DNA from: a virus
Virus record (IMG/VR): IMGVR_UViG_3300009788_000087
DNA: 64,000 nt
Reading direction: 5' to 3' (one strand)
The notes beneath the pieces are model-generated. The model did no database searches. It worked only from the letters and a program-made list of their open reading frames with translations, and was not told where the DNA came from. The position numbers and the translations under genes are program-made. Below are positions 1-8,802 of the stretch, in pieces (position 1 is the stretch's first letter; every line of letters starts with the position of its first letter).

Positions 1-176
1 CTTAGTTTGAACCAATAGTATACAGTGAACGGTGTGCCCAACACCAAGAACGTTCCTGTGTATCCGACAGTATCATATCGACTTGTCATGAAACCGATCA
101 CAACGAGCCATAGATTAAGAATAGACATGGACAGCCATATCCAGAACTTAAACTCTGTCCCGTCATACCACTTCAC
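1..176 (-). CDS. small membrane protein, 3' end runs off the window
   Basis: Manual translation from GTG at 176 (MKWYDGTEFKFWIWLSMSILNLWLVVIGF...) is open to the edge with two hydrophobic segments; it abuts the stop of the upstream gene. Confidence 0.5.
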   Translation of the reverse strand, partial: MKWYDGTEFKFWIWLSMSILNLWLVVIGFMTSRYDTVGYTGTFLVLGTPFTVYYWFKL

Positions 177-737
177 TTAATTTAAAGTCCTCATTCTTTT
201 TGCATCGAAGATTTCTTCTGAAAGTTTGATAGTTAGATCATCAAGCTTACGTTCTTCAAGTTTCACAAACACGTCATCACAACCATCATTAACTGTAGTT
301 TCAAACACGTCAAGTTGCTCTTTCCACTCAGCAAGACTATTAAACTCATGCCTATAGAAATATCCTTCAGCGATGCCTTCCTCAATGCTGATCTCATTCT
401 TTCTATTTACTTCGATAATCTCCTCAACGGTCATCTTCGGATAAGTTGTTGCCGGTGCAACACTCGTTTCCATTCGATCCATAACGAGCTTACATGTAGT
501 TGCTGCAATCTCAATGTCATACACAACTAGACGTGAGATTGCATCGATCTCTTCGATTGGAGTATCTGGATCTTCTAACTTCACATCGAGAATATCAAGA
601 GACTGATGCACGTTGTTACTTGCTTCCTCCATTGCGGGATTGTCATTTCTTGGTATTTGTTTGACGATAGCTTTCTGTTGATCAACCATTGCACGCATTG
701 ATTCTCTAAACTTTTCTGGGTCGACTATTTTTGTCAT
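177..737 (-). CDS. hypothetical protein (helical, acidic)
   Basis: 186-aa ORF co-oriented and tightly packed; AAGGA-like RBS upstream. Confidence 0.75.
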   Translation of the reverse strand: MTKIVDPEKFRESMRAMVDQQKAIVKQIPRNDNPAMEEASNNVHQSLDILDVKLEDPDTPIEEIDAISRLVVYDIEIAATTCKLVMDRMETSVAPATTYPKMTVEEIIEVNRKNEISIEEGIAEGYFYRHEFNSLAEWKEQLDVFETTVNDGCDDVFVKLEERKLDDLTIKLSEEIFDAKRMRTLN

Positions 738-739
738 GT

Positions 740-943
740 TTACTTTCCTTTTAATTGATCTCTGATGCGTGTAAAGTATCCTGCCAAGAAACCAAAGGCA
801 GAAGCTACAGCAACACTCGTCATATCATTATTTACGTAGATTGCAATACCTGCGCCGGCAGCTACAGTCACCATACGCAGTAATCCTATCTTTACAGCTA
901 TGTCCATACGGATAATTATCCGCTCAGGACAACCAAGGCACAC
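740..943 (-). CDS. small membrane protein
   Basis: Two hydrophobic segments; coupled to neighbours; true start may be the internal Met (MDIAVK). Confidence 0.55.
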   Translation of the reverse strand: MCLGCPERIIIRMDIAVKIGLLRMVTVAAGAGIAIYVNNDMTSVAVASAFGFLAGYFTRIRDQLKGK

Positions 944-1638
944 CGATACGCTTCCATCGCCAGTGCATCTCCCTTATCAAAATTAAGCTGACCGCGCACT
1001 TTTCCAAGATGGCGGCGGCGCGCCTCTTCCTCAGTGAGTGAGATGACAGCTTCATGCTCGATGCAGAACCCACTGAGATCTACGCGTCCACCCTTTATTG
1101 CGATGTACACAGTCTTTCCCTTCACAGAGCCTGTGATCTTGTAGAAGCTAGACTTTTCATCAACTGTCAGGTCTTTTGCTGCAGCAAGCATGTCATCCAA
1201 GAGGTGTGAACCCTTGACCTGACGCTGACGTCGCTCTTTACGTTGGCGTTCTACTTTTTTACCAGCAGCTACGAGTCTCTTGCTAAACTCAGCATTCTGC
1301 TCGTTAATATATTCTATGTCTTTTTCATTCACAGGCTTGCACTCTCTTCCCGTATACTTAATGAATTCACTGCTATTGAGCCAAACCCATACAGCACGTT
1401 CGTAAACACCATCAACCTCAGCAATTGCATAGTCAGCGACTATACCTGTACAGCAGCCAGGCCAAACGATAACTGTCTCTCCAATTCGAGGTAGCTTAAA
1501 GTCACCAGTCCACAGTTTCTTTTCTTGGCCAGATCGCTGACATGCTGCATCCATTCGTGCCCAATCACAACCTTGCTTGATCTCGCTTTCGTAGTCAACA
1601 AGTTGATCACGCAAATCTCTCTCATCTTGGGTAATCAT
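916..1638 (-). CDS. hypothetical protein; probable true start ATG at 1638 (leaderless)
   Basis: ORF 916..1674; the first 12 codons overlap a promoter and the ATG lies 6 nt after TATAAT. Confidence 0.7.
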   Translation of the reverse strand: MITQDERDLRDQLVDYESEIKQGCDWARMDAACQRSGQEKKLWTGDFKLPRIGETVIVWPGCCTGIVADYAIAEVDGVYERAVWVWLNSSEFIKYTGRECKPVNEKDIEYINEQNAEFSKRLVAAGKKVERQRKERRQRQVKGSHLLDDMLAAAKDLTVDEKSSFYKITGSVKGKTVYIAIKGGRVDLSGFCIEHEAVISLTEEEARRRHLGKVRGQLNFDKGDALAMEAYRCALVVLSG

Positions 1639-1644
1639 ATTCTC

Positions 1645-1673
1645 ATTATACCACGCGCATGTCTGAGTGTACA
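1645..1673 (-). promoter_or_regulatory. sigma70-like promoter with extended -10, leaderless
   Basis: TGTACA-N17-TATAAT with TG-n before the -10; ATG 6 nt downstream. Confidence 0.65.
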
Positions 1674-1692
1674 ATCATATTAGAATTTATTG

Positions 1693-2049
1693 TTAGCCGC
1701 ATTTCCTCTTCATATCTTCCATCATCATTAGATATCTTTTATCCGTTCGCTCATCGTAGATATCCCCCTCTCGAGAGAGTGTCAACATGTTTGACTTCGG
1801 CATGTTTGGCCATAGAATATTGATGACAGCTGGATATTCATCGATACTTTCCGTACGTGCGATATTACCTCGACTGATAGAGATATCGATAGTGAATTCG
1901 GAACCATCCTCTGTCTTGCCTGAGGCTAAGAACTTTACTCGACCATCGACTCGGCACCACTCAGGAATGTAGTAATCAAGTACATCGCTGACAGTGGTGC
2001 CGTCAAAGTCTTTCTGATGCCTATCGAAATGAAAAGTGCCTGTACTCAT
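1693..2049 (-). CDS. hypothetical protein
   Basis: 118-aa ORF with GAGGGA upstream of ATG. Confidence 0.75.
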   Translation of the reverse strand: MSTGTFHFDRHQKDFDGTTVSDVLDYYIPEWCRVDGRVKFLASGKTEDGSEFTIDISISRGNIARTESIDEYPAVINILWPNMPKSNMLTLSREGDIYDERTDKRYLMMMEDMKRKCG

Positions 2050-2168
2050 AATCCCTCAGAAAATGGGGACCACCAGAATTCTCGGTGACATGAGGAGGAA
2101 GGACTGGTTATCCAGCCCGGATCGAGAGAGAGTGCCACTGATCGTCTCTGGTGGTCCCGTATAGTGTG

Positions 2169-2354
2169 TTAGCTTGTCTTCGCGTCCTGGTCCCTAACCT
2201 TCTCGTCGAGCGTCGACTTAAGGAGATTGACAGCAATCTTCTTGCGGGGCTGCCATGAACACAAACCCTTGTAATCGCCCTTCGCAACTCGGGCAACCCA
2301 GTACTTCTTATCGTTGAAGTATGTGGTGATGACGTGATTTCTATAGACTTCCAT
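2169..2354 (-). CDS. small hypothetical protein
   Basis: 61-aa ORF with GGAG RBS, co-oriented. Confidence 0.55.
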   Translation of the reverse strand: MEVYRNHVITTYFNDKKYWVARVAKGDYKGLCSWQPRKKIAVNLLKSTLDEKVRDQDAKTS

Positions 2355-2363
2355 TATCTGCTC

Positions 2364-2552
2364 CTACAACCACGGGATTCCATTCTCGTCCAGCTCTTCC
2401 TTCTTCTCATCCTTGTCTTTATCTTTGTCCTTATCATCTTGTGCTAGTGGACCGCCTTTCGCATAGGGACCATAATTATACTTTGCAGCAAGTTTCATCC
2501 ACGGTGATCCACCGAACATATCTTCTACTTGTTGTGTAACTTTATTGCTCAT
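2364..2552 (-). CDS. small hypothetical protein with DK-repeat acidic tail
   Basis: Probable start MSNKVTQ at 2552 with GGAGAG RBS; DDKDKDKDKDEKKEE low-complexity run. Confidence 0.6.
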   Translation of the reverse strand: MSNKVTQQVEDMFGGSPWMKLAAKYNYGPYAKGGPLAQDDKDKDKDKDEKKEELDENGIPWL

Positions 2553-2778
2553 TGTTTCTCTCCTCTGTGATTGATGTTCGTCGTCCAACTTCAAAAGTCT
2601 TTGTGTTATTACGCGTCTCATCTTCATAACACACGTATTCAATATTCACAGACCCACATTTACTACACCACTGTATACGGTCTTCATAAATACCAAACAT
2701 ACAAACGAAAGCATACACTTCAATAAAGTCATGCTTATGTGGATTTACTTCTGGCACGTGAACACTCCTTGCAAACAT
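2542..2778 (-). CDS. small hypothetical protein with CxxC motif
   Basis: WCSKCGS motif; start uncertain. Confidence 0.45.
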   Translation of the reverse strand: MFARSVHVPEVNPHKHDFIEVYAFVCMFGIYEDRIQWCSKCGSVNIEYVCYEDETRNNTKTFEVGRRTSITEERNNEQ

Positions 2779-3095
2779 TAAACTCGAAACTAACAGCTGT
2801 CGAGCGCCATGCTTTGATTGAGTACGGTATGACAGACACTAAAGCCCAACACATAAACAGTGACACAAGCCAGTGCTCGTCCATGAATTCCCAGATATTC
2901 ATAACTTAATCTCTCATAAATAACCAAAACATAAATGCTAAAAATGACAATGACAATAATAATGCTAATACTTCTGCTGTGTTATCATCCATCGATCAGC
3001 CTATTCGAATCAGGACCATGACGCCATTCATCATATTTCTTGCGTGCTTTCCAGCCTCCGTATAGTCCTACTACAATGAGTATCGTTGTAATCAT
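2735..3095 (-). CDS. three tandem micro-ORFs encoding hydrophobic peptides (2985..3095, 36 aa; 2906..2992, 28 aa; 2735..2902, 55 aa)
   Basis: Manual translation; ATG starts, head-to-tail packing, one hydrophobic stretch each; below the ORF-track cutoff. Confidence 0.5.
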
Positions 3096-4087
3096 TAGTT
3101 ACATTCGACATATACATGTCGCCTTCTGTTGAGAGTCTCGAACCCGACAATCACATTGTTCTTCTTTAGGTCAGCCTCGGCACGACTGAGTACATCACGC
3201 CAGAAGTTACCGCTGCAGTTTCCACTCCACTCAGACGTGATCCATTCCACGACACCGTTATGTTCGTTGTAGGAGTAACCACTCAGTTTCTCACCTTGGA
3301 GTAGAAGCTCCTTCGCTTTCTCAACGAAGTCATCCTTCTTCCTGGCAGAACTGATTCGACTGACTGCTTCCTCTGCGTTTTCAATTAGGCGGAAGTCTAT
3401 TCCGTGTGCTGTCATTGGAAACTCGTACGGCATGTTTCCAGGACCGAATCGATTCTTGGTCAGCTCAAAGACACGGTTGCCCGTGTCTCTATTGATGTCA
3501 AGGCGTGCGTGTACATCGACAGCATGCTTCAGCACCATGGGACCAGCGAATGTGCCGCCCTTCGTGATGTGTCCGACAAGGACGATGGTGATGCCATGAT
3601 CATTAGCGAATCGTACCATCCTATTTCCAACGTCACGAATAAGACCTTGTCCATTTCGATCACCATATGTCAGCGTCTGAATGGAGTCTTGGAATAAGAT
3701 ATCTGTTCCGCTCTCAAGAACATGTGCTAGTAGATCATCAAGCTCTGAGAATTGAGAGATGTTGAAGTCTGCCTGAAGCTCAAGACGATTGGCACGCATC
3801 TTCACCATGTACTCATTCTCCTCTCCAACATTGAAGAGAATCTTGTGACCTGTGTGTCGGCTCATTAGATCAGCCAACTGCAGTGACATAGTGCTCTTGC
3901 CTGCACCTGGAAATCCAGTAAACAGAACTGTTGCACCAGGAAGAATCCCTGGCATGTCCTGTCCACCAAAGATCTCATCCAGGAGTGGGACACCCGTTGT
4001 AATCCTGTTGTAGTATTTCTCAGGAACCTCTACATCCCTGAGTTTATGTACGTTGCCGCTCACATACCCGAGCTTCATCGCTGTCAT
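3095..4087 (-). CDS. radA: RadA/Sms-like ATPase (RecA-fold core only)
   Basis: Walker A GFPGAGKST, Walker B-like FQDSIQ, signature KNRFGP, RITTG..LDEIFGG start; no N-terminal Zn finger or Lon domain. Confidence 0.85.
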   Translation of the reverse strand: MTAMKLGYVSGNVHKLRDVEVPEKYYNRITTGVPLLDEIFGGQDMPGILPGATVLFTGFPGAGKSTMSLQLADLMSRHTGHKILFNVGEENEYMVKMRANRLELQADFNISQFSELDDLLAHVLESGTDILFQDSIQTLTYGDRNGQGLIRDVGNRMVRFANDHGITIVLVGHITKGGTFAGPMVLKHAVDVHARLDINRDTGNRVFELTKNRFGPGNMPYEFPMTAHGIDFRLIENAEEAVSRISSARKKDDFVEKAKELLLQGEKLSGYSYNEHNGVVEWITSEWSGNCSGNFWRDVLSRAEADLKKNNVIVGFETLNRRRHVYVECN

Positions 4088-4126
4088 TCGCTCTCTCCTC
4101 CTTGTGGCTTTATTGATTGAGAGTCT

Positions 4127-4155
4127 AATATATCACAAGTGTGAGGGAGAGTAAA
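4127..4155 (-). promoter_or_regulatory. sigma70-like promoter upstream of radA-like gene
   Basis: TTTACT-N17-TATATT with TG-n extension, followed by AAGGAGGAG RBS. Confidence 0.6.
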
Positions 4156-4161
4156 GGTGTT

Positions 4162-4449
4162 TTAGTTTAGTCCTTCTCTTCCACCGCCTGGTTTTCCTGG
4201 GTTCGTGTCAGTGGATACCTCGACGAAATAGGACTCGTCATCATCGATCAGATCACCAGGTTCGATGTCATGCTCACACTCACACACGCCACACGCCACA
4301 CACTCATCACTGGTATCATCTAAGTCAGCGAAAATATCAGCAAGCATTTTCTTTCGAAACTGACGGTCACCCCATTTCATTCCACAAAGGAAGATTAAAG
4401 CCACAGCAATAAGAACAAGAAGCACAACAATCAAATTACTCACGATCAT
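4162..4449 (-). CDS. membrane-anchored small protein with Cys cluster
   Basis: N-terminal hydrophobic helix, CVACGVCEC, acidic tail. Confidence 0.65.
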   Translation of the reverse strand: MIVSNLIVVLLVLIAVALIFLCGMKWGDRQFRKKMLADIFADLDDTSDECVACGVCECEHDIEPGDLIDDDESYFVEVSTDTNPGKPGGGREGLN

Positions 4450-5086
4450 ATCTCCACCCAGTTTCTTGTTTTATCCACGTCAATCTCTCTGATGTCATGC
4501 ATTGTGTTTGCAATCTATAGTCTTCATCATTTTTATATCTTTCAATAAAATGTAAGAAGTCAAACCAGGATTCTACATGCACGTCAGCGCACTGCTCGCC
4601 CCTATTCCATGGTCTGTCTAGACAGACTGACGTGCCACGGAAATCACGTAGATTATGTGCTCCATCATCAAACAACATATCTCCATTGATTAGTTCCTTA
4701 CGATGGCAGACAATGAAATTACTAAGCTTGAACCACGGCATGTAATCACGAAGCCAGTCTTTCTTCTCTTCCACTGCAGTACTTGATCTAATCGGCGAAG
4801 CTGTAGCAATTACTATATCATTGCCATAAGATAATTTAACGGCTCCATCGAGGGCGCCGTCAACGGGTTCCATGTTGAAATAGAATCCAGGTTTACTGAG
4901 ATAATCATAGATTTTCATTCCACACTCAGGCTTTACCCAATAGTGTATGTTCCATCCTCTTATATCCTCGAGCGTGCGGTCATCATCATAGTCGATGTTG
5001 TATGCATCGAGCCACGCTTGATTTGTTTGAACGAGGATGTCATCCATGTCGAGGACGATTAGCATTAACGAGTACCATGTTTCCAT
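4436..5086 (-). CDS. 5'(3')-deoxyribonucleotidase, HAD superfamily (NT5C-like)
   Basis: DMDDIL motif I, IATA motif II, K..WL, FDDGAHN motif IV, PWN; true start probably a few codons in. Confidence 0.9.
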   Translation of the reverse strand: METWYSLMLIVLDMDDILVQTNQAWLDAYNIDYDDDRTLEDIRGWNIHYWVKPECGMKIYDYLSKPGFYFNMEPVDGALDGAVKLSYGNDIVIATASPIRSSTAVEEKKDWLRDYMPWFKLSNFIVCHRKELINGDMLFDDGAHNLRDFRGTSVCLDRPWNRGEQCADVHVESWFDFLHFIERYKNDEDYRLQTQCMTSERLTWIKQETGWRYDRE

Positions 5087-5499
5087 GCATCACGTTCAGA
5101 TATATCAAACTCATCTTTAGCAAGTGCAATATCTAGATTGACTTCGTTATCTAGAGTCGGACGCTGCAGTTTCTCACAATTCCGCCTCTCTTCCTTGGCA
5201 ATCTTATATGCAAGTAGAGAATACACGAGGTTGTCAAGCAGCTTCTCTTCAATGGGCTCACCTTTCAACGTTTCACCTCGCACCCACTTCTTAATAGACC
5301 TGAGGTGCTTATTCAGTCCGACACCGAGAGCCTGACGCATCGTAATCCCTAAGTCCTTAGCTGTCTCACGGAATTCAGCAAGTCTATCACCTTCTTCAGC
5401 GTAGTCGATTGACTTGGTCTTTAGAATACGAAGAGCCTTGTCGATTAACTCGTCAAAGTCTTCGTCATTAGTATATTTGCTGTGTCCTTTATCACTCAT
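5065..5499 (-). CDS. DUF1599-like, all-helical nucleotide-modification-associated protein
   Basis: K.K..DY near N-terminus and E.IEEKLLD..VY pattern, recognised by eye. Confidence 0.55.
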   Translation of the reverse strand: MSDKGHSKYTNDEDFDELIDKALRILKTKSIDYAEEGDRLAEFRETAKDLGITMRQALGVGLNKHLRSIKKWVRGETLKGEPIEEKLLDNLVYSLLAYKIAKEERRNCEKLQRPTLDNEVNLDIALAKDEFDISERDAWKHGTR

Positions 5500-6140
5500 A
5501 TCGTCACTTTCTTATAGAGCATCCCATGTTCTTTCATAGCATCATAGATCTGACGCTCGTACTCATTGATTGGTCCCCATACTTGAGCACGAAAAACTGC
5601 AGCCTCTAATCTATCTCTTATGTATTCCTTAAATGGCCACATGAAATAGTAGTTTAGGCCGGTAAAGTTACTCACATAGTAATCGTAATGCTTGTCTTCG
5701 ACCTTACCATATCTCCATTGTCTAAGGACTACTGAAAGCTGGTATGCTTCAAGCTCCTTCATCATCCTGAAGTATGCTGGAATCGGTAGAGCAAAGAGCA
5801 AGAATAATAGGAACCATGAGTTCCACAGTATTAGAGGTAGCACAATCCCCAACACTCCTAGAATTTGTGGCATCACATATAAGAGTGAGTGTATTATCCT
5901 CGTCTGTCTCTTAGCCTGAAGAATGTGTACGCCTTCATGTGCTAGCACGTTCCAGTTTGGAACGTGCTTTCTGGCTATAGCAATTGTCCATCCAATTGTA
6001 GTGGAGAAATCCATATACTTTGGAAAGATCTTGCCAAGCAATCTATGTTGCCACATCTTATTCTTTGATTTAAGTGTAGCCTTTGGCTGAAATCTCTTGA
6101 TTATTACCAAGACTTTGGTAAAGAAATCGAGGTCGTTCAT
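5496..6140 (-). CDS. membrane protein with HExxH metallopeptidase-like motif
   Basis: LAHEGVH, a later hydrophobic hairpin, downstream ELEAY glutamate. Confidence 0.6.
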   Translation of the reverse strand: MNDLDFFTKVLVIIKRFQPKATLKSKNKMWQHRLLGKIFPKYMDFSTTIGWTIAIARKHVPNWNVLAHEGVHILQAKRQTRIIHSLLYVMPQILGVLGIVLPLILWNSWFLLFLLFALPIPAYFRMMKELEAYQLSVVLRQWRYGKVEDKHYDYYVSNFTGLNYYFMWPFKEYIRDRLEAAVFRAQVWGPINEYERQIYDAMKEHGMLYKKVTI

Positions 6141-6892
6141 GATATATCCAACTCTATAATCTGCTTACCACATGCTGCATTCGAAAAGATCGTCGTACCG
6201 CCATCAGTTTCAAAACGACCACGTCCACCGTGTGCATGTCCGTAACAGAACAAGCGTGGCATACGTTTATCATCATCATACAGCCGTTCATTGATCCACT
6301 TAGTAAACTCGTGTGATCCAATATGTTTACTGTATCCCATGTCTAAAATACCATGTGGAGGCGAATGAGATATCACCACATCGAGATCGTCAGGCATCAT
6401 TTCGATGTCCATCCCAATACGTTCAGGATCCCGTTCTCCCCACCATTCATCGCTAAACCTATTCACGCCTCTGAATCCTCCGAATCGTAGTCCACAATAA
6501 TCTTGAAACCGTGTGGAATCGTCAGAGACTTCAAAGTGTTTGCCTCCAAACATTGGACCAAGGTCTGTAAAGTCATGGTTTCCCCGTACGATGACGACTG
6601 GGTTGTGTTTGCAGTTTTTAGGGAAGAAATGTCTGAGCCCGAGTGGTTTCTTCTTGTCTGTAAACTTCCGCTTGAACCAATCAAGCTGTAATCGTTCTTC
6701 TCTTTCATGAACTATCTCGCGCTGGACACAGAAAGGATCATACGGGATCCACCCTCCTTGCCGAGACCGTCGTGGTGACATGTCGACAATCGGATAGTTG
6801 TCTAACATATCTCCTGTTATGACATAAACATCAGCCTCAGGAAATTGACTCCATTGATTGTGCCAGTCTGATACATGTGCTAGCCGCACCAT
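6137..6892 (-). CDS. calcineurin-like metallophosphoesterase
   Basis: SDWH, GD, GNHD, SHSPP and GHAH motifs. Confidence 0.92.
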   Translation of the reverse strand: MVRLAHVSDWHNQWSQFPEADVYVITGDMLDNYPIVDMSPRRSRQGGWIPYDPFCVQREIVHEREERLQLDWFKRKFTDKKKPLGLRHFFPKNCKHNPVVIVRGNHDFTDLGPMFGGKHFEVSDDSTRFQDYCGLRFGGFRGVNRFSDEWWGERDPERIGMDIEMMPDDLDVVISHSPPHGILDMGYSKHIGSHEFTKWINERLYDDDKRMPRLFCYGHAHGGRGRFETDGGTTIFSNAACGKQIIELDIS

Positions 6893-6900
6893 TGTAATTG

Positions 6901-6929
6901 ATTATACACCATTATCCGCTGAGTGTACA
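6901..6929 (-). promoter_or_regulatory. sigma70-like promoter, leaderless, for the metallophosphoesterase operon
   Basis: TGTACA-N17-TATAAT, ATG 8 nt downstream, no SD; shares TGTACACTCAG with the promoter at 1645-1673. Confidence 0.65.
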
Positions 6930-7015
6930 CCTTTTCAGGTTGACTGTTAGACGCTGGATTCGCCGTCTCCATCTTCTTGCGGATACGGCGCTTCTCTTTC
7001 TTTGTCTTACGGCGC

Positions 7016-7237
7016 CTAGTCTCGTCTGTCGTAGCACTCTCTGAGGGCTTCGTTAATGTCTTGTTGCGATTCACTTTGAGCTTCAGTCTTTTCCCTAACT
7101 TCAATCGTGTTATCCTCCATGATATGTTCAACAAGTTTCTTGGTAGCTTCGTACCACCTGCAGTTCATCACATCGATATACACTTCATGAATGAAGTCCT
7201 CCAGCTTATCACAATCTTTGCATTTAACTCTACTCAT
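7016..7237 (-). CDS. small hypothetical protein (probable start MMSRVKCKDC)
   Basis: ATG overlaps the end of the upstream gene; CxxC motif. Confidence 0.5.
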   Translation of the reverse strand: MSRVKCKDCDKLEDFIHEVYIDVMNCRWYEATKKLVEHIMEDNTIEVREKTEAQSESQQDINEALRECYDRRD

Positions 7238-7526
7238 CATCCCAACTGAGGTCTTCAATATGCTCTTGAACCTGCTCAGGTGTTGCATCCTTCGCTTGCG
7301 TTGTCGTCTTGCACGCTTCCCACCATTCATTGAATGTGGGTCTGCGGCCGAGGATTGGTTTGCCACGTTCGCTATAACGTGCACGTCTACGTTCATTTAT
7401 CCTGAATCTGTTGCTTTGGTTGTCGAGCTCGTTCTGCTCTACTATAGTATTAGTCCAATTCTTACAGAATTCTTTGTACAGCTTTTTAGCTGCATCTCTC
7501 TTTATCTTCCTTAGATTACTAGCCAT
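7230..7526 (-). CDS. basic hypothetical protein
   Basis: 98-aa ORF coupled to upstream stop. Confidence 0.65.
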   Translation of the reverse strand: MASNLRKIKRDAAKKLYKEFCKNWTNTIVEQNELDNQSNRFRINERRRARYSERGKPILGRRPTFNEWWEACKTTTQAKDATPEQVQEHIEDLSWDDE

Positions 7527-7783
7527 TACTGCACGAACAACTTAACAAAAGCAAGACAACCGAGACCAGTTACAAGGTAAAGGAATAAAGCTATAGCTAA
7601 CTTCGCTACTTTTAATCCTAATGGTTTATCTTCATCATCTTCAAGTTCTTCTTGTTTTTCATCAATAAGAATGAAGGTCTTTTCAAGAACAGTACAAAAG
7701 AAAAAACCCATTGCGATTGCGAGTATAATAATCATATAATCTTTCCTAACGAGGTTCTTCGACTGGAACCGCTGTCGGTCCAT
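7526..7783 (-). CDS. two-TM membrane protein
   Basis: Two hydrophobic helices separated by an acidic loop. Confidence 0.65.
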   Translation of the reverse strand: MDRQRFQSKNLVRKDYMIIILAIAMGFFFCTVLEKTFILIDEKQEELEDDEDKPLGLKVAKLAIALFLYLVTGLGCLAFVKLFVQ

Positions 7784-8381
7784 AGTGTCGCTTGAACTCC
7801 TTTATTTCTACATCACACAGACTCTTCAATCCACCTTTGGAATTCATGAACCTATGCATAAGACAATCTTTATATGGAATATGGTGTAGACCTAATGCGT
7901 GTCCAACTTCATGTCTCGCAACGCTAAGCCTGAAATTCTTTCCGTCTATAAACCAGTGTTTCCAGAATCTAATCTTAACTGATCTCATGTGACGATCATC
8001 GATCGAGATGATGTCACGGTATGCTGTTCCTCGTACTGAGACACGATCCCCATCAGCATTTTTCTTTGACCAGGTTACTACAATCATTTGTTTTTCTGGC
8101 CAGACATCCTCAGTTTTCACACATTTTCTTTCATGGAAGAGATCTATATTCGTCATGTCATCCCACCACTGAAAGGAATCACGAACGTCTTGCTTAAACT
8201 TTTCAGGAAAATCACATGTAAATCCCCAAACAACGGGAACTTCAGTGATGTGCCAACTCCACGTTTCGAGCTGCATCGTCTCATTCTCATATTGAAGAAG
8301 ACGTCGTTTACCAACAAAACTACAGCTCATTAAAGCTACAGCAAATAGTATTAAAAGTGCACTTCGAAGTCTACATCGCAT
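7746..8381 (-). CDS. matrixin-like (M10/metzincin) metalloprotease, probable lipoprotein
   Basis: HEVGHALGLHH zinc motif, Met-turn CLMH, signal peptide ending ALMSC. Confidence 0.85.
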   Translation of the reverse strand: MRCRLRSALLILFAVALMSCSFVGKRRLLQYENETMQLETWSWHITEVPVVWGFTCDFPEKFKQDVRDSFQWWDDMTNIDLFHERKCVKTEDVWPEKQMIVVTWSKKNADGDRVSVRGTAYRDIISIDDRHMRSVKIRFWKHWFIDGKNFRLSVARHEVGHALGLHHIPYKDCLMHRFMNSKGGLKSLCDVEIKEFKRHYGPTAVPVEEPR

Positions 8382-8505
8382 TCCTTCTCTTCCTCGACAT
8401 GCTCAGGCTCAACAAGTGGCAGTCGTAGTTCACGTTGGTGTTCGGCTTCACGTTGGCGTCTAAGCTTTTCGAGTTCCTCCATAATTGGAAGGATGTTTGG
8501 TGTTG

Positions 8506-8802
8506 TCATTCATCATTTCCCTTTTCAACTACACTCTCAATCTCGTCAAGTATGTGTCCTTGCTCACGCCGAGACCAGCTTGCTTTCTTCTTATTGACAG
8601 TATTCATATCTTTGTGTGTTCTGGCAATCTTTCTGATATGATCATCACCATCTAAGTAGGCAAGGATGCATGCCTCCACCAATGTCTGAATCTTAATTCC
8701 CTCAAGCGCCGCCTTTGATTTCAGTGCTTTATGGTCATTCATGTGTAGACGGAAGGGTATCTGCTGTATATTCCGTTGTTTCTCAGTTAGTTTAATAGCC
8801 AT
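8506..8802 (-). CDS. small DNA-binding protein, ribbon-helix-helix-like
   Basis: IPFRLHMNDHKALKSKAALEGIKIQTLVEACI strand-helix-helix pattern. Confidence 0.55.
   Translation of the reverse strand: MAIKLTEKQRNIQQIPFRLHMNDHKALKSKAALEGIKIQTLVEACILAYLDGDDHIRKIARTHKDMNTVNKKKASWSRREQGHILDEIESVVEKGNDE

Noticed and set aside
6880-7396. ORF 6880..7134 and the N-terminal extension of 7016..7396
   Set aside because: They overlap better-supported genes, and the 3' part of 6880..7134 runs through a promoter; a short gene in 6880..7019 cannot be fully excluded
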